This document shows positions 26,825 through 35,187 of a DNA stretch of 43,290 nucleotides, piece by piece. A program made the position numbers and the translations under genes. Within the stretch, counting starts at the first letter, position 1. Every line of letters starts with the position of its first letter. The DNA is from a virus. Taxonomy: Duplodnaviria; Caudoviricetes. Location of the stretch: IMG/VR virus record IMGVR_UViG_3300049173_000072, positions 1 through 43,290 of that record. One strand, 5' to 3'. The notes beneath the pieces were generated by a model. It was not told the DNA's origin and did no database searches. It worked only from the letters and a program-made list of their open reading frames with translations.

Positions 26825-29326
26825 ATGCCGCTCTACACCTTCGGCGGGACCACCTCCGCCGTCCTCACCACCGAGTCCGGCGACGTCGTCCCGGACTACC
26901 CCGTCACCGTTCGTGTTGCCGGATCGGGCGCCGCGGTCAGCGCCCTGTTCGAGGAAGACGGCACTACCCCCATCGCCACCCTCCGCTCCAACCCGGCCGG
27001 CTCGGACAGTCCCGGCGCGATCCGCACCTTCAAGGCCGCCGATGTTCCCGCCATCGAGTACGAATTCAATGGCGCGCACGGCCCGTTGCGCTGGTACGAG
27101 TCCAGCCGCGAAGCGATCACCGCCGCTCTCGAGGGCTTGGCCTCCAAGCTCGACAAGACCGGCGGCACGATCACCGGACCCTTGGTCATCAATGCCGACG
27201 TGGACGTAAACGGCACGCTCGACGTCGACGAGTTGCTCGTCGGAGGGGCGCCCATCGAGTCGGGCGCCGACTTCACCACTGCAGGTATGTACGTACCGTC
27301 AGCGCTGACTGGCACCGCCGTGCAGGCCGCACTGAACGCCGCGCGCGACGCCGGCGGAGGGTGGGTCGTCGTGCGGCCCGGCGTCTACCTGATCGGCGCC
27401 ACGCTCCGGATCTACGGCAACACCCGCCTCACGCTGCTGCCGGGCGCCGAGTTCCGCCGCAACGTCGCCGCAACGATGATCCTGAACGGGGACGCCTCCC
27501 AGAACCTGGGCGGCTACACCGGCCAGAGCAACATCATCATCGAGGGCGGCCTCTGGAACATGCGTGGCACGACCGCTGGTCTCACCGCGTCGGCGATGTG
27601 CATCAGCATCGGCCACGCCCAGAACATCACCATCCGCGGCCTCGAGGTCCGCGACCTGCCCGGCTACCACGCCATCGAGCTCAACAGCACCAAGGGTGGC
27701 CTGGTGGAAAACTGCCGCTTCCGCGGCTACGTCGACCCTGGCGGTCGCGACTTCTCTGAGGCCGTACAGATCGACCTCGCCAAGGGCTCCGGCTACTTCG
27801 GCGGCTTCGGCCCCTACGACAACACCCCGTGCCAGGACATCGAGATGCGCGGCTGCTATGTCGGAGCCTCCGGCACCGCCGGCACGACAGCCTGGCCCAG
27901 GGGGTTCGGCTCGCACTCCGCGACCGTCGGCACCCGCCACAAGCGGATTCGCATCGTCGACAACTCCTTCGAGGGCTGCCTGCAGTACGCGGTCGTCAAC
28001 TACGCCTACGACGACACCCTGATCGCGGACAACACGATCTCTGGCTGCGGGGCGGGCATCCGGATCCGGACCATCATCAGCGCGGACGCTGCGGACTCCA
28101 CGAACCTGTCGGGCACCGTCACCAACGCCTCGCAGGCCCTGTCCACCGTCGCCATCACCGGCAACACGATCTCCGCCACCGGCTCCTACGACGACGCCAT
28201 CCTGCTGTACGGGGAGTCCACTGGCCGCATCGTCGGCGCGACCGTCAACGGCAACGTCATCGACACCGTCGGAGGCTCGGAGAACGGCATCCGCGTCCAG
28301 TACGCCGACCACTACACGTTCTCCGGGAACACGATCAAGTCGGTGGGCGGAACCGGCATCAGCCAGGAACAGGTCACCGGTGGCGTCGTGACCGGGAACC
28401 GCGTCTACCAGCCCACCGCGTCCGGCATCTCATGCGACACCGGCACCGGCGTGCAGATCACCGGCAACACGGTCCGCGAAGCGGGCGTCAACGGCATCCA
28501 CATCCTGTCCGGCTCCGACATCCAGATCCAGAACAACTTCGCGAAGGGCGCGAGCCGCACGGCTTCCGGATCGTGGGGTATCCGCTGCTCGACCTCCGTG
28601 GACGGGCTCCTCGTCACAGGAAACAAGGTCCGGAAATACGGGTCGGGCAACGAAGTTGCCGCCGGCATCGGCATCACGTCCACCTGCACCAACGTGCGCC
28701 GCTACGGCAACGATCTGCTCGACACCGGACTGGACGACCAGAGCAGCCTCCCCGACACCAGCCCGTTCGACAGCGCCGGTGCCATGGATGTGGCGATGCG
28801 TCCCTCGGGCCGCTACGAGACCACGTCCCGGCTCCGCGCAGGCACCAGCAACACCCCGACGTCGGGCACGTTGTACCTGGTGCCGATCTGGCTGCCTAAG
28901 GGTGCCGTCGTCTCGAACATCAGCTTCGCGTCCGGCAGCACCGCGGCGGCCACGCCGACCAACTGGTGGTTCACGCTGCACAACTCGGCGAAGGTCGCAC
29001 TGGCCCGGACCGCGGACCAGACGACAACGGCGTGGGCGGCGAACACCGTGAAGACCCTCGCCATCGCGCAGACGACCGCCGGCTCCGCGACCAGCTACAC
29101 GACCACGTACACGGGACTCCACTACCTCGGCGTCATGATCAAGGCCACGACCGTGCCGTCCCTCGTCTCTGAGGGCTCCGTCGCGGATTTCCTGGCATCA
29201 GTCTCGCCGGGCTTCGGCGGCACCGACGCAGGCATGTCGACCCCACCTACGGTCACCAGCGGCGCCTTCACTGCCGGGACCTTCGGCACCGGCTCCGGAA
29301 TCCTGCTGTACGGCTACGTCACCTGA
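26825..29326 (+). CDS. Tailspike or receptor-binding protein with right-handed parallel beta-helix (pectin lyase-like), 833 aa
   Basis: AVQAALNAARDAGGGWVVVRPGVYLI entry motif; repeated ITGNTI/VTGNRV/IQNNF strands. Confidence 0.85.
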   Translation: MPLYTFGGTTSAVLTTESGDVVPDYPVTVRVAGSGAAVSALFEEDGTTPIATLRSNPAGSDSPGAIRTFKAADVPAIEYEFNGAHGPLRWYESSREAITAALEGLASKLDKTGGTITGPLVINADVDVNGTLDVDELLVGGAPIESGADFTTAGMYVPSALTGTAVQAALNAARDAGGGWVVVRPGVYLIGATLRIYGNTRLTLLPGAEFRRNVAATMILNGDASQNLGGYTGQSNIIIEGGLWNMRGTTAGLTASAMCISIGHAQNITIRGLEVRDLPGYHAIELNSTKGGLVENCRFRGYVDPGGRDFSEAVQIDLAKGSGYFGGFGPYDNTPCQDIEMRGCYVGASGTAGTTAWPRGFGSHSATVGTRHKRIRIVDNSFEGCLQYAVVNYAYDDTLIADNTISGCGAGIRIRTIISADAADSTNLSGTVTNASQALSTVAITGNTISATGSYDDAILLYGESTGRIVGATVNGNVIDTVGGSENGIRVQYADHYTFSGNTIKSVGGTGISQEQVTGGVVTGNRVYQPTASGISCDTGTGVQITGNTVREAGVNGIHILSGSDIQIQNNFAKGASRTASGSWGIRCSTSVDGLLVTGNKVRKYGSGNEVAAGIGITSTCTNVRRYGNDLLDTGLDDQSSLPDTSPFDSAGAMDVAMRPSGRYETTSRLRAGTSNTPTSGTLYLVPIWLPKGAVVSNISFASGSTAAATPTNWWFTLHNSAKVALARTADQTTTAWAANTVKTLAIAQTTAGSATSYTTTYTGLHYLGVMIKATTVPSLVSEGSVADFLASVSPGFGGTDAGMSTPPTVTSGAFTAGTFGTGSGILLYGYVT

Positions 29327-29342
29327 CCCCCGTTCGCCCCGC

Positions 29343-29368
29343 GCCCCGAGCCTCCTGGCCGGGGCGTT
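29343..29368 (+). promoter_or_regulatory. Hairpin upstream of endolysin
   Basis: CGCCCCG-AGCCTCCTGGC-CGGGGCG followed by TTCGT; loop contains anti-SD-like CCTCC. Confidence 0.45.
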
Positions 29369-29387
29369 CGTCATGTCTGGAGCCCGC

Positions 29388-30317
29388 ATGGCCACTCCAC
29401 CCACAGCCGCAACGTTCCTCCAGTGCCTCCGCTCGGAAGGCGTGACGGTCAAGGAGATCGGCGACTGGAGGACACACAACCGCAACACCAAGGGTCCGTG
29501 GGGCCCGGTCCACGGCGTGATGATTCACCACACCGTCACCAAGGGAACGACGAACAGCGTCAACATCGTCCGCGACGGCTACTCCACACTGCCTGGCCCC
29601 CTCTGCCACGGCATGATCGCCAAGAGCGGCACCGTCTACCTCGTCGGCTACGGCCGCGCCAACCACGCTGGCCTCGGCGACCCTGACGTCCTCGCCGCGA
29701 TCATCGCCGAGAAGACACCCCCCGTCGACGATGAAGCCACCGTCGACGGCAACCGCGCCTTCTACGGCTTCGAGTGCGAGAACCTCGGCGACAACAAGGA
29801 CTCCTGGCCTGACGCGCAGATCGAGGCCATCGTCCGGGTCATCGCAGCCCTGTGCCGACACCACGGTTGGTCCGCCCGCTCCGCGCTCCGCCACCTCGAC
29901 TGGCAGCCCGGCAAGGTCGACCCCCGCGGCCCCGGCATGGACTGGTCGGCGATCCTCACCCGCGTCGCCGCCCGCCTCGGAACGAAGCCGCCCACTACCA
30001 CGCTGCCGCAGCCGACGAAGCCGAAGGTCTCGCTGTCGAAACTGATCGCCGCAGCGAAGCACGATCCCGGCGCCGCGGGCACGCCCGTCACCTACGCCGG
30101 CACGGCCACCGTAGAGGCCGCCCTCGTAGACGAGGGCCTGCTCTCCAAGGTGCGACTCGATGGCCACTACGGCCTCGACACCAAGACGGCGATGTCCGAG
30201 TGGCAGGAGGAGTGCGGCTACCGAGGCCGCGAGCCCGGCCAGCCCGCCGACGGCATCCCCGGCAAGACCACCCTCACCAAGCTCGGCGACAAGCACGGCT
30301 TCACCGTCGTCGCCTGA
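29388..30317 (+). CDS. Endolysin: N-acetylmuramoyl-L-alanine amidase (Amidase_2) plus peptidoglycan-binding domain
   Basis: GVMIHHT, RANHAG, YGFECEN, HLDWQPGKVDP; C-terminal DGHYG...WQ...ADGIPGKTTL. Confidence 0.93.
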   Translation: MATPPTAATFLQCLRSEGVTVKEIGDWRTHNRNTKGPWGPVHGVMIHHTVTKGTTNSVNIVRDGYSTLPGPLCHGMIAKSGTVYLVGYGRANHAGLGDPDVLAAIIAEKTPPVDDEATVDGNRAFYGFECENLGDNKDSWPDAQIEAIVRVIAALCRHHGWSARSALRHLDWQPGKVDPRGPGMDWSAILTRVAARLGTKPPTTTLPQPTKPKVSLSKLIAAAKHDPGAAGTPVTYAGTATVEAALVDEGLLSKVRLDGHYGLDTKTAMSEWQEECGYRGREPGQPADGIPGKTTLTKLGDKHGFTVVA

Positions 30318-30336
30318 TCCGAAAGCGAGAACGATC

Positions 30337-30693
30337 ATGAAGGTATTCGGGAGAGAACCGGTCGTGGTTCTCAACACGCTCGCGGCCGTCCTCGGTCTCG
30401 TCGTGTCGCTCGGCATCACACCGCTGTCCGCGGAGATGGCCGGCGCGATCGTCGGTGTCGCGACCGCGATCCTCGGCGCCATCGCCGCGGCCATGACCCG
30501 GCCGGTCGCCCCGCAGGCGTTCACCGCGCTCGTCGCCGCCGGGGCCGTGCTCGTCGGCACGTTCGGCTACGAGGTGTCGCAGGAGACGGTCGGTGCCATC
30601 AACACAGCCGCGCTCGCGATCCTGACGCTGCTGACCCGCGTGCAGGTCACGCCGTCCAGTCCCGCCACACCGACGGGACCGACGAGCGTCTGA
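30337..30693 (+). CDS. Holin-like membrane protein, 118 aa, about 4 TM
   Basis: MKVFGREP N-terminus and RVQVTP C-terminus; follows endolysin. Confidence 0.8.
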   Translation: MKVFGREPVVVLNTLAAVLGLVVSLGITPLSAEMAGAIVGVATAILGAIAAAMTRPVAPQAFTALVAAGAVLVGTFGYEVSQETVGAINTAALAILTLLTRVQVTPSSPATPTGPTSV

Positions 30694-30729
30694 CCAATGC
30701 ACGGCTTATCCGTAGGGGAGGGCGGCCCG

Positions 30730-31047
30730 GTGAGTGAAGTCTTCGGCATCAACCCGGGGGACGCCGGCCTCGGCGTCCTCCTGACCCTCGTCATCCTGTT
30801 CATCCTGACCGGCCGACTCGTCCCAAGGCGCACCCACGAGGACGCGCTCGCCGACCGCGACAACTGGCGGCAGGCGTACCTGGAATCCGAGAAGGCCCGC
30901 AAGGTCGAGCACGAACAGACAGGCGAGCTGCTGGAGATGGCGAGACTCGGCGGGCACATCCTCACCGCCCTGCCCCACCCGGGGCATACGGGTGACGAGG
31001 AGGTGAGCGGTGATCGGATGGATCCGACGCCTCGTTCACGGCTCTGA
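30730..31047 (+). CDS. Single-TM lysis-cassette membrane protein
   Basis: GTG 30730 after GGGAGG; TM then TGRLVPRRTH and coiled coil. Confidence 0.75.
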   Translation: MSEVFGINPGDAGLGVLLTLVILFILTGRLVPRRTHEDALADRDNWRQAYLESEKARKVEHEQTGELLEMARLGGHILTALPHPGHTGDEEVSGDRMDPTPRSRL

Positions 31048-31222
31048 CGACACCGAGCCGAGCGATTCTGAAGCCGCGCTGGCGCACGCACGCAAAGCCC
31101 GCCAGCAAGCCGAAGCCCGGCAACCCGTCGTGGAAGCGGTCGCCGCGACACTGCGCCGCGCCCGCGAGGAGAACCACTTCCGCGAGAAGATCGAAGAGCT
31201 GTTCAGGGGAGCCGCGCCATGA
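31010..31222 (+). CDS. 70-aa lysis-cassette accessory protein
   Basis: RBS GAGGAGG; helical, ends ENHFREKIEELF. Confidence 0.72.
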   Translation: MIGWIRRLVHGSDDTEPSDSEAALAHARKARQQAEARQPVVEAVAATLRRAREENHFREKIEELFRGAAP

Positions 31223-31545
31223 GTGACATCGGCGTCGACCAGTGGATCAATGTCGCCGGGTCGGCGCTCGCCGCACTGGTCTGCGCCGCCTTCGTCGTCA
31301 TCTACCACCTGAAGACGACGTGGTGGCGGTCGGGGACCGGGCGGAACCTGATGGGACTGCCGGCCGCGATCGGCCTGCTGTTCCTGTACACCGTCCTCGT
31401 CACCGTGTGGCCGGACGGCTGCATCGCGACGGTCCTGCGGGGCGTCCGTACAGCGCTAGCCCTGGCGATCAGCGCCCTGATGGCGCAACGCATCCGGATC
31501 CTGCTGAAGGCGCAGCGGGAACACCGCGACCGAACTGGAGTGTGA
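31219..31545 (+). CDS. Three-TM membrane protein, putative second holin
   Basis: ATGA overlap; WWRSGTGRNLM; three hydrophobic helices. Confidence 0.75.
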   Translation: MSDIGVDQWINVAGSALAALVCAAFVVIYHLKTTWWRSGTGRNLMGLPAAIGLLFLYTVLVTVWPDGCIATVLRGVRTALALAISALMAQRIRILLKAQREHRDRTGV

Positions 31546-31548
31546 CCG

Positions 31549-31704
31549 ATGCCGGAGCCGCGTGCTGTGCAGCCGCGCCGGGACGATGCGGCAGCCGACC
31601 TGGGGAGCCTGGTGGAACTCGGCTTCGAGGAGCCGCCACCGATCCCCGCACCCGCCACCGACCCGTTCCTGCAACCGGACTGGCCACCCGACGACGCCGC
31701 ATGA
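31549..31704 (+). CDS. 51-aa acidic Pro-rich hypothetical protein
   Basis: RBS GGAG; ATG 31549; ends just before terminator. Confidence 0.5.
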   Translation: MPEPRAVQPRRDDAAADLGSLVELGFEEPPPIPAPATDPFLQPDWPPDDAA

Positions 31705-31708
31705 CAAA

Positions 31709-31743
31709 CGCCCCCGCACCTGCTTCGGCAGGCGGCGGGGGCG
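31709..31743. terminator. Bidirectional terminator hairpin at the end of the late operon
   Basis: CGCCCCCGC-ACCTGC-TTCG-GCAGGCG-GCGGGGGCG with cUUCGg tetraloop, between convergent genes. Confidence 0.75.
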
Positions 31744-31763
31744 CATCGTCGTGTGTGGCAAGG

Positions 31764-31994
31764 TCAGAACATCTGGCGCGCCATCCTCTCAGCGGACTCC
31801 CTTGTCGATCCGTTCTCGACCTCAAGCTCTACGAGTCGCTTCTTCGCCTCGGTCACCTGCTGGCGGCACTCGTCGGCGTAGTCGTCGATGCTGCCCTTCG
31901 GGTTCTCCTCGCGCCACTTCTGCAGGTGCCCCAGAGCGAAGACCCATCCGCTCACCTCAACGTGCACCTTCAAAGTCTCGGCCGCGTTCGCCAT
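31764..31994 (-). CDS. 76-aa hypothetical protein (MANAAETLKVHVEVSGW...)
   Basis: RBS AAGGGG upstream on the minus strand; divergent from the resolvase. Confidence 0.6.
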   Translation of the reverse strand: MANAAETLKVHVEVSGWVFALGHLQKWREENPKGSIDDYADECRQQVTEAKKRLVELEVENGSTRESAERMARQMF

Positions 31995-32009
31995 GCCCAC
32001 CCCTTGATC

Positions 32010-32136
32010 ACAGAATGACGGTAAACCACCGTCTGTCGTCATCTCGTCAACGAGCCTATCGCCGCAGGGAGTTGTAGTCGATAACTCGTGTCGAAAATCT
32101 ACGACGAGTAACCTTGCACCTGTATGGTTGTCGACA
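32010..32136. promoter_or_regulatory. Candidate res site and resolvase promoter
   Basis: Relatively AT-rich; palindromes GACGGT-AAACC-ACCGTC (32017-32033), CTCGT-CA-ACGAG (32043-32054), ACTCGT...ACGAGT (32084-32109); TGTCG half-sites at 32034, 32089 and inverted at 32132-32136. Confidence 0.55.
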
Positions 32137-32720
32137 TGGACTTCGGATACGCGCGCGTCTCGACAGCGGACCAGAACCCGGACCACCAAATCGACGCCCT
32201 CCTGCGCGCGGGAGTCGACGAGAAGAACATCCACATCGACTACGCCAGCGGGGCCAAAGCGTCCCGCCCGGAGTTCGACGTCCTCCTGAAGCGGCTGAGG
32301 GAAGGGGACACGCTGAAGGCAACCCGCCTCGACCGGATCTCCCGCTCCCTCCTCCATCTCGTCATGCTGGGCGCTGACCTGAAGGAACGGGGGATCGGGC
32401 TCCACATCATCGAGCAGGGCATCGACAGTGGGACACCGGAAGGGCGCGCGATGTTCGGCATGCTCGGCGTCATGGCTGAGCTGCAGCGTGAGCTGATCCT
32501 GGCGAACACCATGGACGGACTCGCAGCCGCCCGGGCGCGTGGGCGCGTGGGCGGGCGGCGACCGAAGCTCACCGAGCACCAGGCGGTGCTCGCGCAAGAG
32601 CTGTACGACAAGCGAGAGAAAACCGTGCAGGAGATCGCAGACCTCTTCGGCGTCCCTCGAACCACCGTGTACGGGCATCTCAATCGGTCATCGACGAACG
32701 CCCGAAAGGCCGCGAAGTAG
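32136..32720 (+). CDS. Small serine recombinase (resolvase/invertase family) with C-terminal HTH
   Basis: GYARVST catalytic Ser, LREGDTL, RLDRISRS, GRVGGRRPKL, TVQEIADLFGVPRTTVY; alternative ATG at 32124. Confidence 0.95.
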   Translation: MDFGYARVSTADQNPDHQIDALLRAGVDEKNIHIDYASGAKASRPEFDVLLKRLREGDTLKATRLDRISRSLLHLVMLGADLKERGIGLHIIEQGIDSGTPEGRAMFGMLGVMAELQRELILANTMDGLAAARARGRVGGRRPKLTEHQAVLAQELYDKREKTVQEIADLFGVPRTTVYGHLNRSSTNARKAAK

Positions 32721-32721
32721 C

Positions 32722-32751
32722 AACGCCCCCGCCTGCACGGGCGGGGGCGTT
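32722..32751. terminator. Terminator hairpin after resolvase
   Basis: AACGCCCCCGCC-TGCACG-GGCGGGGGCGTT. Confidence 0.75.
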
Positions 32752-33125
32752 CTGCTGTTCGGGCTACCAGGCGGTGTCGCTCATGTCCCCTCCTACGCTC
32801 GGTGCGGCCACGGTAAGCCGATGCCGCCCCGCCTGTCAGCCCCGCGTGCCAGACTGGCGGCAGGCCCGTTTTCCTCTGTGAGCGAGTCCGGCGGCGCGTG
32901 ACCGTCATGGCTCCCTCGGACCGGACGTATCACTGAGGGGCGGCCCCTGCTCGCCACGGGAGTCACGTCCCACGGAGGACAGCCCGCTACCTACGGGTAC
33001 AGACGGGCCAGGGGTCGCACACAAACTGCCGGGATCAGGTCGGGACCAGGCAACTGGACCCTCCCGCGTATCGGTTCCCCGTCGGGGGAGGTCAGCCGTG
33101 CGGGGTTAGCGGCCCCCGGAGGCGT

Positions 33126-33159
33126 CGAGCGCCCGCCCCAACACGGGGGCGGGCGCTCG
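33126..33159. terminator. GC-rich hairpin downstream of the DUF6233 gene
   Basis: CGAGCGCCCGCCCC-AACACG-GGGGCGGGCGCTCG. Confidence 0.6.
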
Positions 33160-33339
33160 TGCGTTCGGCCGGTAGGCATTTCCGGTCACACCCCTACCGC
33201 ATGGCCGGATTCTGGTGCATCGTTGTTCGCGCGGGATCCGGAGCTCCCAGGCGATGGCCCCCCGCTCGGGCCCCGCCTGCGCGCTGCGACGTGGCGGGGC
33301 CCGCCGCTCCTCCCGGCTCCCCACGGGAGGGCTCGCGGC

Positions 33340-33669
33340 CTAGTCGGCGAGGTATCCGATCTCCACGTCGGGCCGGCAGTCCGGGCAGGGCAGTACTTCC
33401 TGCTGGAGGGCGAGCAGCGCCTGCTCCTCGCTGACCTCCTTGGCCGTCTTGGGTACGAGCGGGCAGAGGCCGGTGTGGAGGACGGGCCGGACTTTGTCGG
33501 GGACGATGACCCACGCTGGGGGAGGGGGCGCCTGCTCCCGCCGCCGCTGCTCCTGCTCGGCTTCGCGCTTCTCGGCTTCGGCGAGGGCGTCCTTGATGCG
33601 GGTCACCCACATCTCGTGCCAGGTGAGGAGGGTGCGGAGGCGTTCGGAGTCCGGCGGCAGGTCGTGCAT
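33340..33669 (-). CDS. DUF6233-like Streptomyces protein, 109 aa
   Basis: DLPPDSERLRTL...PPPPAW...LHTGLC...PCPDCRPD pattern. Confidence 0.8.
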   Translation of the reverse strand: MHDLPPDSERLRTLLTWHEMWVTRIKDALAEAEKREAEQEQRRREQAPPPPAWVIVPDKVRPVLHTGLCPLVPKTAKEVSEEQALLALQQEVLPCPDCRPDVEIGYLAD

Positions 33670-33677
33670 GTGTTCGA
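33662..33677 (-). promoter_or_regulatory. LexA (SOS) box overlapping the start of the DUF6233 gene
   Basis: Minus strand TCGAAC-ACAT-GCACGA fits the actinobacterial consensus TCGAAC-N4-GNNCGA; adjacent -10 TAATAT. Confidence 0.7.
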
Positions 33678-33704
33678 TATTACGCCTGCGGTTACGCTGC
33701 CTGC

Positions 33705-33905
33705 ATGCCTGACCAGGAGCGCTTCCACCTCACGCTGTCGACCGCTGGCCGGCCGGTGATGCACGGCTGGTGGCCGGACCAGGCGACGGCCGACCGGAAG
33801 CTGGCCGGCTGGGTCGGCGAGTTCGGCGCCATGCCCGCCGCCGCCGTGACCCTCGTCGACACCGCCGACGGGCGGGTTATCCACAGGTGGCCCGACGAGA
33901 CGTGA
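33705..33905 (+). CDS. 66-aa hypothetical protein
   Basis: -10 TACGCT 6 nt before ATG (leaderless); RFHLTL...VMHGWW. Confidence 0.7.
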   Translation: MPDQERFHLTLSTAGRPVMHGWWPDQATADRKLAGWVGEFGAMPAAAVTLVDTADGRVIHRWPDET

Positions 33906-33924
33906 AGCCTGCCATCCTGGCGCG

Positions 33925-34062
33925 ATGATCGAAGAGCCAGGGCCGGACCAGCAGGACGACTTCGACGACGTCTTGGGCGACCCGCTACCCGTCGACGACT
34001 ATCAGCTGTCCAGCCGTGTTGTCGGTGGCCACCGGTACCGTGGAGCTCAACACAACGACTAG
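33925..34062 (+). CDS. 45-aa acidic hypothetical peptide (MIEEPGPDQQDDFDDVLGDP...)
   Basis: CATCCT 6 nt before ATG; ends at a hairpin shared with the convergent gene. Confidence 0.4.
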   Translation: MIEEPGPDQQDDFDDVLGDPLPVDDYQLSSRVVGGHRYRGAQHND

Positions 34063-34081
34063 CCAGTCGGGTTGCTGCTGA

Positions 34082-34114
34082 AGCCCCGCCCCCGTACAGC
34101 ACCGGGAGCGGGGC
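34082..34114. terminator. Bidirectional hairpin between convergent small genes
   Basis: AGCCCCGCCCCCG...CGGGAGCGGGGCT. Confidence 0.55.
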
Positions 34115-34123
34115 TCGCTGCTG

Positions 34124-34360
34124 TCAGGCGTTGTCGTAGCCGCGGGTGGCGAGGTACTCGGCCGCGTCCTCATTCTCGGTGAGCCACGCCTCGCACACCC
34201 TGTACGGCTGGATGGCGTCCTTGGTCTCAAGCTCGGCGACGGCGACAAGGTCTCGCGTGCAGCCTGCGCGGCCGTGCGCGGTGCAGATCCAGTCGCCTGA
34301 CTGCTCAACCGGCTGGTCAAGACGGATCAGGCTGTTGATGGTCGACTTCATTCGGGCCAT
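34124..34360 (-). CDS. 78-aa hypothetical protein
   Basis: -10 TAGCCT 7 nt before ATG; CTAH...C...C residues. Confidence 0.6.
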   Translation of the reverse strand: MARMKSTINSLIRLDQPVEQSGDWICTAHGRAGCTRDLVAVAELETKDAIQPYRVCEAWLTENEDAAEYLATRGYDNA

Positions 34361-34377
34361 GGCTTGGAGGCTAGCGC

Positions 34378-34593
34378 TCAGGCCGCCAGCTCCGGGTGCC
34401 GAACCTGCTTCTTCAGCCCCATCTCGACGTCGTACCGCGACACCCCGTTGCCTGCTTCCTTGGCCTGCCGGACGAACGCGGCGATGCCCTCGTGCACGGC
34501 CCGCGCCGTCGCCACGGTCAGCCGCCCGGCCTGGATCTCCGCCCAGGCGGAACGTTCCAGCTCGATCAGATCATCGGGGAGTTCGATAGCCAC
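34378..34593 (-). CDS. 71-aa hypothetical protein
   Basis: -10 TAGGAT 6 nt before GTG; IELPDDLIELER...RYDVEMGLKKQVRHP. Confidence 0.7.
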   Translation of the reverse strand: MAIELPDDLIELERSAWAEIQAGRLTVATARAVHEGIAAFVRQAKEAGNGVSRYDVEMGLKKQVRHPELAA

Positions 34594-34602
34594 CGCGGGA
34601 TC

Positions 34603-34782
34603 CTACGCCGCCGTCGTCACGTCCCTGCGCTCGACCTGCCGCAGCTCCGCCAGCAGCCGCCGGTACTCGGCCCGCTGCTCATCCGACAGCCGCGCATCCC
34701 GGTGCGACCACAGCGCGCGGATCGCCGCGTTCAGCTCCGCAACCGTGCGCAGCGGACCCGAGGCCGGGGGAGTGGAGGGCAT
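34603..34782 (-). CDS. 59-aa hypothetical protein
   Basis: -10 TAGAAT 7 nt before ATG; RTVAELNAAIRALW...LSDEQRAEYRRLL. Confidence 0.7.
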   Translation of the reverse strand: MPSTPPASGPLRTVAELNAAIRALWSHRDARLSDEQRAEYRRLLAELRQVERRDVTTAA

Positions 34783-34815
34783 GGTCAAGATTCTAGGCGG
34801 CGGGTACGACATCGG

Positions 34816-35058
34816 TCAGCCTCTCGGCTTCGGCAGCTCGGTGACGAACGTCCCGATCCCCGGCTGCATCTCCGCCAGACCCTCGCCCCGCAGCTCCTTC
34901 AGCACTCTCTTCGCCGTGACCGGGCTGATCCCGAACTCGTCGCAGATCGCCATCCCCGAGGGAAGCCGGGCGCCAGGCTCGTAGGTGCCGTCCAGGATGC
35001 GCTCCGACATCACGGCGTACACCTGCCGCCACCTCGGCACATCCGGCTCCCACTTCAT
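34816..35058 (-). CDS. Stand-alone GntR-family wHTH regulator, 80 aa
   Basis: PRWRQV...ILDGTYEPGARLPS...EFGISPVTAKRVLKELRGEGL...PGIGTFV; -10 TAGCGT 7 nt before ATG. Confidence 0.9.
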   Translation of the reverse strand: MKWEPDVPRWRQVYAVMSERILDGTYEPGARLPSGMAICDEFGISPVTAKRVLKELRGEGLAEMQPGIGTFVTELPKPRG

Positions 35059-35100
35059 GATCCCGACGCTAGGCGGGCCTACCCAGACACGCGAGACCAG

Positions 35101-35127
35101 ACGACCTATACGACCTATACCGCCTAT
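35101..35127. repeat. Three 9-bp tandem repeats, candidate GntR operator
   Basis: ACGACCTAT ACGACCTAT ACCGCCTAT in the divergent promoter region. Confidence 0.65.
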
Positions 35128-35187
35128 CCCGCAGGGGTACCGTGAAGATGCAAGGACCCCCGCGACCGCCAGCAACGGCCCGGGGGC

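Noticed and set aside
26184-32720. Invertase-driven tail fibre switching (Gin/Cin type)
   Set aside because: No inverted crossover sites or reversed alternative fibre ends seen by eye; the recombinase is separated from tail genes by the lysis cassette
31764-32751. Intact Tn3-family transposon
   Set aside because: No transposase and no recognisable terminal inverted repeats
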